Source: Octopus vulgaris (taxonomy: Eukaryota). Taken from it: a stretch of 64,000 nt of DNA. Position numbers and translations under genes: made by a program. The notes beneath the pieces were generated by a model. That model ran no database searches. It saw nothing but the letters and a program-made list of their open reading frames with translations, and was not told the origin of the DNA. The DNA lies in the NCBI GenBank assembly GCA_951406725.2, contig OX597814.1:154690001-154754000 (forward strand), read 5' to 3'. Position 1 is the first letter of the stretch, and each line of letters starts with the position of its first letter. Below, piece after piece: positions 1-12,972 of this stretch.

Positions 1-14
1 GATCAGACCACATA

Positions 15-740
15 TATAATCAAATGAATAATAACATACAATGGATAATTGCCAGCTCATTACAGATGTTTCTTAGGTAACTTTTTAATGGAAGAATGAG
101 AACATTACATCATTATAAAAGATCGCAATCATCAGATGAAAAGTAATTTTACAAAACAAAAGAACATCTCACTTATACCAGCAGGGATGTGTCTGTCGAG
201 GCCAACTATGAAATGGGAGAATGACCAACTATGTTGGCCGTTTAGGTTAAGAATATAATTCTTGAGAGTGTGTAATTTTATCTTATTTTTATTTTTCCCT
301 CACCCTTACCCTTGATTTATTTATCTTCTCTTTTTCCCTTATTCTTAATTGACACATTACTTATCCTTACTTACCACAACTCATAGCCTACTATAATACA
401 TTATTTCCTACACCCAACTCCAGTCTACTCATGATCTAATCTAGCAAACTCCTTCTCATCCGAGTCACTGACCTTAGATATCAATTTACGCACTCTCAAG
501 AACTACATTATTAACCGAAACGGCCAACATAGTTGGTCATTCTCCAATTTCATCGACACATCCCTCGACAGACACATCCCTACTGTATTATTGGATATTC
601 TTTTGTTTTGTAAAATTACTTCCCATTTTATGATTATGGTGTTTTATAATGATGCTCCCATTCTTCTATTAAAAAGCTACGTAAGAAACAGTTGTAATGA
701 GCTGACAATTATCCATCGTATGTTATACATTTGATTATAA
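15..740. repeat. Diverged inverted repeat pair (~15-280 vs ~483-740), probable Penelope-like element remnant
   Basis: GGAGAATGACCAACTATGTTGGCCGTTT (~216-243) is the reverse complement of AAACGGCCAACATAGTTGGTCATTCTCC (~518-545). Similarity continues for ~250 bp with many mismatches. Confidence 0.75.
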
Positions 741-1133
741 TGACCCAATTGAGATTACGATTTACCGGACACCCTAGAATATACCAAAAACGTATTACTC
801 AAAGTAACGCGTAATTTGGACAAGCTCCTCGGCGATAAGTACTCATAGGGTTGGTTTTACTCTGTGTACACAACCGAAATATCTTATTTGATATTTGGAC
901 TCTCACCAACCATAGGCTGGAATCACAGACATTACCCAACCCAACCTGATGCATACCTTTTCAAGTACATGGTTCAATCGGAATTCTCATCTTACTTCTT
1001 ATATATATATGTGTGTATACATATATATATATATACGTACATACATGCATGCATACAAACACCTATAAATGTATACATATATACATATATACATATACAT
1101 ATGCATACACACATACGCGCGCGCACACACGCA

Positions 1134-1202
<69 letters not shown>

Positions 1203-1204
<2 letters not shown>

Positions 1205-1394
1205 GACCTCGTGTGTACCGTTGGCGATTTTTTTCCCTGTGTCTTCCCTTCTCTGGATCTTTCCTTCTCCTATGTTTCCAACGAAGAGCTCGCTCGAAAC
1301 GTTAACCCTCCTTCTTTCCTGAGCGATCAATAATACTATATTTGCTCCACGTCCTCGCGTTGTTGTGTCTTTTTGTGCTTTCTTGTTTGGATTA

Positions 1395-1400
<6 letters not shown>
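1203..1400 (+). mobile_element. Short (TA)n-flanked HHR-bearing element, family F1, core degenerate (CCAACGA)
   Basis: Homologous to 39556-39762 and 30530-30745. Reads GTTT-CCAACGA-A-GAGC-TC-GCTC-GAAA-CG-TT-AAC at 1274-1306. Confidence 0.75.
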
Positions 1401-1437
<37 letters not shown>

Positions 1438-1608
1438 GTACAAGACACACACATGCTTATTCAAGCGTATACACACATACACACATACATACATACATAC
1501 ACACATACATACACACATACATACATACAGACATACACACATACATACATACATACATACATACATACATACATACATACATACATACATACATACATAC
1601 ATACATAC

Positions 1609-1639
<31 letters not shown>

Positions 1640-2044
1640 CTTACATACATACTTACATACATACATGCATTCATTCATTCATTCATTCATGCACACACAC
1701 ACACAAAAATATACTACGAATATATATCTATATAAACATATATAGACATACACGTATATAAACAAACATGTATGTGTTATTTTATTATTGCATATTACCC
1801 CCCCCCCCCCACAAAAACAAACAAACGAAAAACAAGAAATGAGTAAAAGATATAATTTAAGTTAAAAAAAAGTACTTAATGTATTAGTAAATACGCAGTT
1901 AATGTACATGTGCAAAAATAAACGAAGAAAATAAGGAACAACGACTCCTTGAAAACGAATTACATTCCTTTGTCTACAGATTTTGACAGTCTGCGTGTAT
2001 GTGCGTGTATGTGTGTGTGTGTGCATGTGTGTGTGTATGTGTAT

Positions 2045-2516
2045 ACTCTTTTACTCTTTTACTCTTTTACTTGTTTCAGTCATTTGACTGCGGCCATGCT
2101 GGAGCACCGCCTTTAGTCGAGCAAATCGACACCGGGACTTACTCTTTGTAAGCCCAGTACTTATTCTATCGGTCTCTTTTGCCGAACCGCTAAGTGACGT
2201 GGGACGTAAACACACCAGCATCGGTTGTCAAGCAATGCTAGGGGGACAAACACAGACACACACACATACACACACACACTTATATATAAAGGCGGCGAGC
2301 TGGCAGAAACGTTAGCACGCCGGGCGAAATGCTTAGCGGTATTTCGTCTGTCGTTACGTTGTGAGTTCAAATTCCGCCGAGGTCGACTTTGCCTTTCATC
2401 CTTTCTGGGTCGATAAATTAAGTACCAGTTACGCACTGGGGTCGATGTAATCGACTTAATCCCTTTGTCTGTCCCTGTTTGTCCCCTCTATATTTAGCCC
2501 CTTGTGGGTAGTAAAG

Positions 2517-2594
<78 letters not shown>

Positions 2595-2757
2595 GTACGA
2601 CAGGCTTCTTTCAGTTTAAGTCTACCAAATCCACTCACGAGGCATTGGTCGGCCCGAGGCTATAGTATAAGACACTTGCCCAAGATGCCACGCAGTGGGA
2701 CTGAACCCGGAAGCATGTGGTTGGTTAGCAAGCTACTTACCACACAGCCACTCCTGC
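2045..2757 (-). mobile_element. tRNA-derived SINE family A, interrupted by a family B SINE
   Basis: Minus-strand head has A box TGGCTGTGTGG and B box GGTTCAGTCC, then an internal microsatellite and an (AGTAAAAG)n tail. Many copies in the window. Confidence 0.9.
2290..2520 (+). mobile_element. tRNA-derived SINE family B nested in the central microsatellite of SINE A
   Basis: GGCGGCGAGCTGGCAGAA...GAGTTCAAATTCC (B box)...GCCTTTCATCCTTTC...GGTCGATAAATTAAGTACC. Multicopy. Confidence 0.9.
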
Positions 2758-3035
2758 ATATGTTTTTGTCTCTTATCATTCACTAATTGGACTGTAAACA
2801 TGCAGGAGAACCGTCTCGTAGGGTTTAATCGAACACATGTAGCCTCCCAATAAAATTCTTACTTAAAAGTCTTCTAGTATCAGTATCTTTTGTCGAACTG
2901 TTATGTCATAGTGAGGTGAGCAAACCAACACTAATAGTCAAGTAGTGGGTGGAGGAGCAAACACAAGCACATTGACACACACACACGCACACAGATATAC
3001 ACACATGCATACACACATGTGATGTATATATATGT

Positions 3036-3235
3036 TCTTTTATTCATTTACTTGTTTCAGTCATTTGACTGCGGCGATGCTGGAGCACACATTTAGTTGA
3101 CGAAATTGACCCCAGGCCTAGTACTTATTCTATCGGTTTGTTTTGCTGAAACACTAAGTTTCCAGGATGTAAATGCATCAACATCGGTTGTCAAGCGATG
3201 GTGGGGGAGGGGGGGACAAACACAGACACACAAAC

Positions 3236-3293
<58 letters not shown>

Positions 3294-3574
3294 GACGGGC
3301 TTCTTTGAGTTTGTATCTTCCGAATCAACTCACAAGGCTTTGGTCGGCCCGAGGCTACAGAAGAAAATCCTTCACTCAAGGTGCCACTCAGTGGGGATGA
3401 ACCCGGAACCATGTGGTTTGGAAGCAAGCATCTATATATAAGATGGGATTCCTCACTGTTTTCTTCTTCAAATTCAATCACAAACGGTTGGTCAACCCGG
3501 AGCCATAGTAGAAGACACTTGCCCAAGGTGCTATGCAGTGGGTCTGAACCCGGAACCACGTGGTTGGGAAGCAA

Positions 3575-3577
<3 letters not shown>
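3036..3577 (-). mobile_element. SINE family A with partial duplication of the head
   Basis: Similar to 9430-9845. A second head segment lies at ~3440-3577. Confidence 0.85.
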
Positions 3578-3635
<58 letters not shown>

Positions 3636-3686
3636 AAATGAATAAAAGAATGGAGTCGAACGAGGATTTTAACACAATTCCTTTAA

Positions 3687-3765
3687 TTTCAACACATGTT
3701 TCGAAGACTGCATATTCTTAATTCTGAAGGAATAAGGTGCATTATGCCGTCTTCTCATCAGGAAA
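3687..3765 (-). ncRNA. Hammerhead ribozyme motif (type I, extended stem II)
   Basis: Minus strand: TTTC-CTGATGA-GAAGAC...GTCTTC-GAAA-CATGTG-TT-GAAA. Stem I 4 bp, stem II 6 bp perfect plus extension. Lies in a (TA)n-flanked element at ~3632-3935. Confidence 0.75.
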
Positions 3766-4663
3766 GTCAAGGAAAATCAATCAGCCTGAAGACGGACAAG
3801 AACTTTTCTCACACAAGAACGCGGAGTTTCTACCTTTGGCATGTAGCTTCAACCGTGTTTTCTGACGTGAATTTGCTACCCAGGTATCGGTTAACCGAAT
3901 TATCAATACTAGGATAATTTATTCACCTACTTAAATATATATATATATATATATTTAAGAAACGGTCTTCATCAATGTTTTCATCTTCTATATTCACTCG
4001 CGCAATGGGATTGAAAACACGTGGTTCTAAAGTGAGCTTCTATAACTGAACCAAATCAATGTATATATATATATATTAAAAAAGAGTGTATACTTTATTG
4101 TAATGATCGTGTTTTCCGTCGCTGGACTCATTGATCCACAGATTGGGCTTTGAATTGAACGCACATACACCCGCGTACAGACATTGTTAACTAATACGAT
4201 TCGCCTGCTATGGCCACCGGAACTGCTAGATCCCAAGATTTCCCCGTACTGCGTCTCTTCAGTGACAGTATCACTCTTGCAAAACTTTCTTTTATAAAAC
4301 TCTCCATTGGTTCTTATATGAAAATATATGTTGTTATATTTTGAGAATACATTCGTACAAATACACAAACGCATAAACATACATATACATTCAACCATGT
4401 TTATATTCATGCATATAAATATATAATATATATGTATGTGTGTCTCTGCGTGTATGTATGTATATTTGTATGTACTTATATATGCTTGTATGTATGTATG
4501 TATGTATGTATGTATGTATGTATGTATGTATGTATGTATGTATGTATGTATGTATGTATGTCTGTATGTATATAGTGTGTCTGAGAGGTGGGAAAGAGAA
4601 AAAAAGACAGTGACACAGAGATTGATGGGTAGACATATATCACTATATGCATTGTTATATACG

Positions 4664-4830
4664 TAGGCGTAGGTGTGGTTGTGTGGTAAGTAGTTTGTTT
4701 ACGAACCACATGGTTCCGGATTCAGTCCCACTGCGTGGCACCTTGGGCAAGTGTCTTCTACCATAGCCTCGGGTCGACCAAAGCCCTGTGAGTGGACTTG
4801 GTAGACAGAAACTGAAAGAAGCCCGTCATA

Positions 4831-4899
<69 letters not shown>

Positions 4900-5085
4900 A
4901 TATATGTGTATATATATATATATGTATGTATATATATATATGTATAGAAATTAAATATAAAATATAAATTACAAAGTGGGACAAGAACGCAAAAACACAC
5001 AAAATGACGACACAAAAAAAAACAGACGGGTCACTCGAAGCCTCTAATCTTCAGTCGGAACCGGATCATCTTAGCAATTTCGGCT

Positions 5086-5152
<67 letters not shown>

Positions 5153-5385
5153 TATATGTATGTGTGTGTGTATATATGTTTGTGTGTCTGTGTTTGTGCC
5201 CCCAACATCGCTTGACAACCGATGCTGGCGTGTGTACGTCCCCGTAACTTAGGAGTTCGGCAAAAGACACCGACAGAATTATGACTAGGCTTACAAAGAA
5301 TAAGTCCTGGGATCGATTTGCTCGACAAAAGGGGGTGCTCCAGCATGGCCAGAGTCAAATGACTGAAACAAGTAAAAGAGTAAAT
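4664..5385 (+). mobile_element. SINE family A with a nested element in its (TA)n core
   Basis: Head at 4664-4830, body and tail at ~5175-5385. Confidence 0.85.
4945..5090 (-). mobile_element. Short (TA)n-flanked element, family F3 (related to 16075-16690)
   Basis: Shares GGGACAAGAACGCAAAA and GACGGGTCA.TCGAAGCC...TCTTCAGT...CCGGATCATC...GCAATTTCGGCTG with 16090-16235. Confidence 0.7.
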
Positions 5386-5487
5386 ACAATATATACATTT
5401 ATTTATACATGTTTAATTCTATATGTATTCAATGTATATACATATTCTAACCGTCCAGTTTTCTTTCTCTTCCTGAGTATACATACA

Positions 5488-5871
5488 CTAGCAGTATCGC
5501 CCGGCGTTGCTCGGGTTTGTAAGGGAAATAACTATAAAGGATTTTTTAGAGAGTTATAGCCAAAAAATAGCAAAAAAATGGGAAAAAAAAAAAGGTAAAT
5601 TTTTTTGATTGTTAAAAAGGTCGAGTTGCGTCCCCATGACCATCTGTGGTTTGTATTTCTGATTGTCGACCCCATGTTGAATTTATCGATCTTTTTCAGA
5701 ACTGGGGGAACTTTTCAAAATTTTCGCTGCGTTAGTTTTGAATTATGACATTGGGCTATGTGTGTGTCAAGTTTCATCAGAATCGGTTGAAAGCCGTGGT
5801 CAGAGTGAGGGTACAAGCAAACAGACACACAGAAACACACACAGACAAACTGCCGTTTATATACAGAGAGA
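5488..5871 (-). mobile_element. Non-autonomous Helitron
   Basis: Minus strand starts TC and ends with the GC hairpin CCCGAGCAACGCCGGG followed by CTAG. Inserted between A and T, no TSD. Confidence 0.75.
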
Positions 5872-5933
5872 TGTATATAGATGCATGCATACATCTATAT
5901 ATACATGCATATATGTGTATATACACACACACG

Positions 5934-5995
<62 letters not shown>

Positions 5996-6076
5996 AAACT
6001 CATATACTCACGCATATATATATACATACATGCACATATATAATCATACATACAAATCATGCAAATATACATTATG

Positions 6077-6108
<32 letters not shown>

Positions 6109-6395
6109 ACTACATGTATACTCATGCCCCCACTCTCTCCTTTTACATTCCTCTTACCGTTTATCTATTTATTATACTATATCTGTTTCACTTGTTGCCT
6201 CTATGTGGTGTACGTACTGTATCAATTCGTGGAATGCTTCTATTCGTGGAATGTGTGTTATGTGAGCTGCTATATCTGTCTCATCAAGCTTTCTTTCTCC
6301 GCTTCGTAGCGTATTGTTTCAACCAACATATTTCTCCTTTCTATTTATCCCCATCTGTCGGTCACTCTCTGTCTTACTGTGTTTGAATGTCTCTT

Positions 6396-6483
<88 letters not shown>

Positions 6484-6694
6484 GTGTGTGTGTATATATA
6501 TATATCCAGTACACGCAACTGAGGCAGTATTAAGTTTTAACAGCCATCTCTCTCTCTATACATAAATATCCTATCCCTCTTAATGTATACACATTGATGA
6601 TATACCAGTTACATTGATATTTATCCTGGGTTAATAGTGTAATGACCGAGTTCCGTTAAAAACACAATAAACATCAGAGGCCTGCAAGAACACC

Positions 6695-6727
6695 AACTGT
6701 ATTTCGGCCTTGTAGGCCTCATCAATG
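6695..6727 (-). ncRNA. Degenerate hammerhead motif
   Basis: Minus strand: TTGATGA-GGCC-TACAA-GGCC-GAAA-TACAG-TT. C3 is mutated and stems I and III are poor. Confidence 0.45.
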
Positions 6728-6835
6728 CCGTGCACACGTAGCCAGCCACATATCTGGACGAGACATCGTCGTCTGTGAATCAGAAAACGTAAATAAAGAG
6801 AACTTTGGGAAGTGAAATGTTCTACAGTAAAAATA

Positions 6836-7126
6836 AAAATGAAAATATCGAGAAAAAAATGTTTGGAAATATCAGGATCTAACCAAAAAACTGAAGATAC
6901 TGTGCAAGACTAAGACAACAATTATTCCTGTGGTAATTGGTGCATCTGGCACAATACCCAAAATGCTACCTAAAAGACTGAAAGAAGAGATTGGAATTGA
7001 AACTGGTATTGTCGACTTTCAGGGAAGTAAAATCTGCAAGAATCCTAAAAAAGAATATCGAGATTTTAAGATTTGTCACGAAACCTCATGATAAAATTCC
7101 TGCTAATTAAAGTAGCATGTACTAAC

Positions 7127-7127
<1 letters not shown>
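6836..7127 (+). mobile_element. Decayed 3' end of a Dong/R4-like LINE
   Basis: Translates to KYQDL...KTTIIPVVIGASGTIPK (REL endonuclease C-terminus) and ends at (TAA)n. Confidence 0.6.
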
Positions 7128-7200
<73 letters not shown>

Positions 7201-7203
<3 letters not shown>

Positions 7204-8668
7204 CAAAGCCAAACTTACAAATACTTAGGAATCCATGAACTAGATAAGACACAACACACACAAATGAAAGAGAAAATAAAAAAAGAATATTATAGACGAG
7301 TTAGATCAATACTAAAAACAGAGCTCAATGCTAAAAACAAGATAATATGTATCAACACTTTAGCTGTCCCAGTTATAAGTTACAGCTACAATATCCTTAA
7401 CTGGACACGAAATGAACTGTCCAAAATAGATAGGAAAACAAGAAAAATACTGACAGGATCTAGGATGCATCACCCAAAATCTGACATAGAAAGACTATAT
7501 ATACAACGTATAGAAGGTGGTAGAGGCCTTATACAGCTGGAAAACTACTATAAAATAACCACCATAGGACTGCAAAATACCTACTTCAGAAGGAAGGAAA
7601 ACTGATCCAGATAGTAGCAAAACACGAGCAAAACAAAAAAGTGTTCTCAGTATTTAAGGAAGCTGACAAATACAAACAAGAAATCATACCACCTAATAAA
7701 CACAAAGAAGAAGAAAAAGATGATGAAGAAACAACAAAAGCTATAAAACAAATGAAATCCAAACTAATAATACAACAGCAACGAGCCATGATAAAACGAT
7801 GGCAAGAAAAGCCCCTTCATGGTAAATACTGCACTAAACTAAACGCAAAAGAAATAGACAAAGAAAAAATCCCAGCAATGGTTGAGAAGCTCAGGACTCA
7901 AAGCAGAAACAGAGGGATTTTTAATTGCAGCACAAGACCAAAGCCTCCCCACCAGAAATTACCAAAAACATGTAATGAAAAGAAATATTACAAGTAACTG
8001 CAGAATATGTGGAGATGGACAAGAAACAATAAATCATATTATCTCTAGCTGCCCAGTCCTGGCTAAGAAGGAATATATTCACAGACATGACAGAGTTGGA
8101 ACCTACATACATTGGAAGCTATGCCAACATTATGGAATAACAACAGAAAAAAGATGGTATAGGCACACACCAGAAAAGGTCACAGAAAACGAGAAAGCAA
8201 CCATACTCTGGGATATGCCGATACACACAGATAGAGAAATTAAGGCCAACAGACCAGATATAGTTGTCAGAGATCATGAAGAAAAAAAAAATGCTTTCTA
8301 ATTGATGTATCAATACCGGCAGATGACAACGTGTCTCTAAAAGAAATGGAGAAACTCTCAAAATACAAAGACCTGGAAATAGAGATAACTAGAATGTGGA
8401 ACCTGAAAACAGAAACAATTCCTATCATAGTAGGTGCATTAGACATGATAAAAAAAATATTCAGACAAATACATAACAAAAACACCAGGACTTACAAACA
8501 CATATAACATACAGAAAATTGCACTACTAGGCACTGCACACATCCTAGCAGAACACTTTCCATACAATAACCATCAGAGCATCACAACAAATCACAGCAC
8601 ATACCCAAGGCACACAGAGCTGCGCTCGGTAGTGAAGTGAAAGCACGCTATAAAAATTAAACTACTGA
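7201..8668 (+). mobile_element. 5'-truncated, frameshifted Dong/R4-clade non-LTR retrotransposon (RT C-terminus, CCHC knuckle, REL endonuclease)
   Basis: YKYLG, HPKSDIERLYIQRIEGGRGL, IAAQDQSL, CRICGDGQETINHIISSC, RHD, PDIVV, LIDVSIP, EKLSKY. Flanked by (TAA)n on both sides. Confidence 0.9.
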
Positions 8669-8677
8669 ATAATAATA

Positions 8678-8712
<35 letters not shown>

Positions 8713-8728
8713 AATGATAATAATAATG

Positions 8729-8790
<62 letters not shown>

Positions 8791-8800
8791 AATAATAATG

Positions 8801-8861
<61 letters not shown>

Positions 8862-8884
8862 CAACAACAACAACAACAACTACA

Positions 8885-9295
8885 ACTGAGCAAATATAAA
8901 GATCTTGAAATAGAAATTAGCAAAATGTGGAACCTGAAGACTAAAACATTGCCTGTTGTCATAGGTGCCCTGGGAATGATAGCAAAAGGGGCTGATTGCT
9001 ACCTAGCTCAGATACCAGGAAACCTCAAAATGGTAGAAATTCAAAAGATAGTGCTCATGGGAACTGCTCATATCCTACGCAAGATACTTTCTATGTAATC
9101 TCATGTTTTAGAATAAACATAATTTTCTTATGGTTTCTTAAACATTCTCTAGAACAGCACTATGTACAAAACCAAATATATGGCACCCTAGGCATAACAC
9201 CAACATGAACCTCTAACATGTCTCTTGAGGTCTCTGGGTGAGACTTGGAGCCAACTTGTACAAAAGTAAAGCAAAAGTCAAATATAAAATAATAA
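8885..9295 (+). mobile_element. 3' fragment of a second Dong/R4-like LINE subfamily
   Basis: LSKYKDLEIEISKMWNLKTKTLPVVIGALGMI...QKIVLMGTAHILRKILS*. Ends at AATAAT. Confidence 0.85.
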
Positions 9296-9429
9296 TAATG
9301 ATGGTGATGATGATGATGATGATGGTAATGATGATGATGGTGATGGTGGTGATGCTGATGATGACGATGATGGTGGACTCTCTCGTCGAAGACGACGTAG
9401 AAGTGTTCAGTTTTTGCCGAAATATCTTT

Positions 9430-9845
9430 TATCTTTTCTTTTATCTTTTACTTGTTTCAGTCATTTGACTGCGGCCATGCTGGAGCACCGCCTTTAGTCG
9501 AGCAAATCGACCCCGGGACTTATTCTTTGTAAGCCCAGTACTTATTCTATCGGTCTCTTTTGCCGAACCGCTAAGTGACGGGGACGTAAACACACCAGCA
9601 TCGGTTGTCAAGCAATGCTAGGGGGACAAACACACAAACACACACACATACACACACACACATATATATATACATATATACGACAGGCTTCTTTCAGTTT
9701 CCGTCTACCAAATCCACTCACAAGGCATTGGTCGGCCCGGGGCTATAGCAGAAGACACTTGCCCAAGATGCCACGCAGTGGGACTGAACCCGGAAGCATG
9801 TGGTTGGTTAGCAAGCTACTTACCACACAGCCACTCCTGCGCCTA
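9430..9845 (-). mobile_element. SINE family A, full length
   Basis: A/B boxes, internal microsatellite and tail all present. Confidence 0.9.
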
Positions 9846-10067
9846 TATCTGCACAATTGATTTGTATAGAGATCAAATGTGCTGTACATTGGCTCAGTCT
9901 GTCCGTCAGACTGACGTTGCCGGAACAGGTGCACTGTGTACCACACGTCAGGCGTCAAGATGGTCGCTGAGCAACATGCGATGAAGTGTTGTGCCCAAGA
10001 ACATAACTCACCAGTCTAGGAATTGAACCCACATTGTCGCAACTGTGAGTGTGACATCCTAAACACT

Positions 10068-10458
10068 ACTCTTTCACTCTTTTACTTGTTTCAGTCATTT
10101 GACTGTGGCCATGCTGGAGCACCGCCTTTAGTCGAGCAAATCAACCCCAGGACTTATTCTATCGGTCTTTTGCCGAACCGCTACGTTACGGAAACGTAAA
10201 CACACCAGCATCGGTTGTCAAGCGATGTTGGGGGGACAAACACAGACACACAAACATACACACATACATACATACATATATATACATATATACGACGGTC
10301 TTCTTTCAGTTTCCGTCTATCAAATCCACTCACAAGGCTTTGGTCAGCCCGTGGCTATAGTAGAAGACACTTGCCCAAGGTGGCACTTAGTGGGACTGAA
10401 CCAGGAACCATGTGGTTGGTAAGCAAGCTACTTACCACACAGCCACTCCTACACCTGG
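10068..10458 (-). mobile_element. SINE family A
   Basis: Close match to 9430-9845. Confidence 0.9.
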
Positions 10459-10748
10459 CAATAATAATATGCAATAATAATAATAACTGTTTATTTTCTT
10501 TAGCAAAATTTCAGTTTAGTACCTACGTGATGTTGTAGAACCGAGCATCGAAATTAAACAAGGATGATTTTCTATGCGCTTGAGAAAGTATTCTCCACCA
10601 CGCCATAGCAGCCTACCGGCAAATTACACAGTGTATATACGTTAAGTATATGTAATTGATAATATCTATTACACTAGCGCTTCCTCTATTCGTATTTGAA
10701 TGTATGCCTCTATTTCATATTTGAATCTATGTATATATATATATATAT

Positions 10749-10783
<35 letters not shown>

Positions 10784-11345
10784 AGCACACACACACAGAC
10801 ATACATACAGACTGACATATACACACACATCTACATACACAGTGCGTGCACTTTTAATATATTGTCTCGCTTGCTAAATAGTTTTCTGAAATTTATTCTC
10901 TCTCAGCTCTAAGTATTAAACACATCATTCCTATTTTTTTTTAAATATAGGTTATATTGACATCTAATATGATTCTTTTGTTTCCTCTCATTCAACCAGC
11001 GCTCGTTATGATTCTTAAGGCTTTCGCTGAATATTTAAAATATTTCTAAAATAGCGAACACAAAATTTACTATATTATAAACATTTATCATAATCAACCG
11101 ATCATTGAAAATGACGCTGACAAGATCGGCAACAAAACACACACACACACATATACATACAAGCACACACGCACACACACATATACACATACATATATAA
11201 ATGCATATATACAAAAATATATACACATTCACATATATATGCGTATCCATAGATATGCATATATATCTTACAAACGCATACATACATTCATTCATTCATT
11301 CATTCATTCATAGTACATACACTCATACGCACGCACGTATATATA

Positions 11346-11572
11346 TTCTTTACTCTTTACTCGTTTCAGACTGCGGCTTTTAGTCGCGCAAATCGATCCC
11401 GGGACTTATTCTTTGTAAGCCCAGTACTTATTCTATCGGTCTGTTTTGCCGAACCGCTAAGTGACGGGGACGTAAACACACCAACATCGGTTGTCAGGCA
11501 ATGGTAGAGGGACAAACACAGACACACAAACATACACACACATACACACACACACGCACACACACACGCACG

Positions 11573-11658
<86 letters not shown>

Positions 11659-11820
11659 CGACGGTCTTCTTTCAGTTTCCGTCTACCAAATCCACTCGCA
11701 AGGCTTTGGTCGGCCCGAGACTATAGTTGAAGACACTTGCCCAAGATGCCACGCAGTGGGACTGAACCCGGAACCATGTGGTTGGTAAGCAAGCTACTTA
11801 CCACACACCCACTCCTGCGT
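11346..11820 (-). mobile_element. SINE family A with expanded (CA)n core
   Basis: Close match to 9430-9845. Confidence 0.9.
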
Positions 11821-11823
11821 CCC

Positions 11824-11881
<58 letters not shown>

Positions 11882-11950
11882 TACGTGTATATATTTAGGT
11901 ATATATGTACGTGTGCGCGTATGTGAATCTTTTTCCGAATGTGTGTGTGT

Positions 11951-12014
<64 letters not shown>

Positions 12015-12825
12015 GTGTGCGTCCTTTGTGTGGTATATGAATTGCTACTGAGAAAGCTACAGAAAATCAACGTCATATATTTTGAACAGAAAGGGAGTAA
12101 GTGAAAATATATGGAAACAGAAATAAAAGAAAAGAAAAAAAAAAAGGAAAATAAGGCTGAAATATAGAAACTATGTACGCGTTGTTATGTTATGATGGAT
12201 AAGAGAAAGAAAAGGGTGAGGCGAAACGAATGAAAGAATGAAATGGAATGGTGATTAATTTATGATTACACAAACATATTAATACAATTCCATACATGAG
12301 TTCGTATCCACACACACACACACACAGATACACACACGCGCACACACAAATACACACATACATATATTCATACATGTATATGAAAATAGAAAATCGAAGG
12401 TGAGATAATAGAAAAAGTTAGGAAACAGGGAATGTCTTAAATAACATTAGGGGATACGGGAAGCAAGATAATGCAACTGTCCCTCGGAATCCTTTAGTGC
12501 CTGCCACATAGATAACTAGGTATAATGGATTGGTTCCAGTCAACAACAGAAGTTTGGCTTGTCAGATGAGGAATTCGCGTCAATTTCGTGGTATAACTCC
12601 ATAAAACTGAAGCATGGTAAAAACGGTGAGTTAGCATATTGGCAAACATAGTTAACAGTAGTCTAGATCAGCAGTTACTAGATCCACGGGAGATGAGATG
12701 ACATGGAATGAAATGTGCTTTGGTGCTACGTGGTGATGTATAGGTAGAGAAACCTCACCGCGAGTAAGCAGGAGTCTGTTTCACCTCCTGTCTCTACGTT
12801 GAAAATATGCTTGCATGCCTATTGC

Positions 12826-12856
<31 letters not shown>

Positions 12857-12972
12857 TTCTCTCTCTCTCTTTCTCTTTCTCTCGATTTCATCTTTATATA
12901 TATTATATATTTAACGTTTACTTGTTTCAGTCAATAGACCGTGGCTATCCTACGGAGCCACCTTGAAAGGTT

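Noticed and set aside
9770-9845. tRNA-like sequences with A/B boxes
   Set aside because: They are SINE heads continuous with SINE bodies, and no complete cloverleaf is evident.
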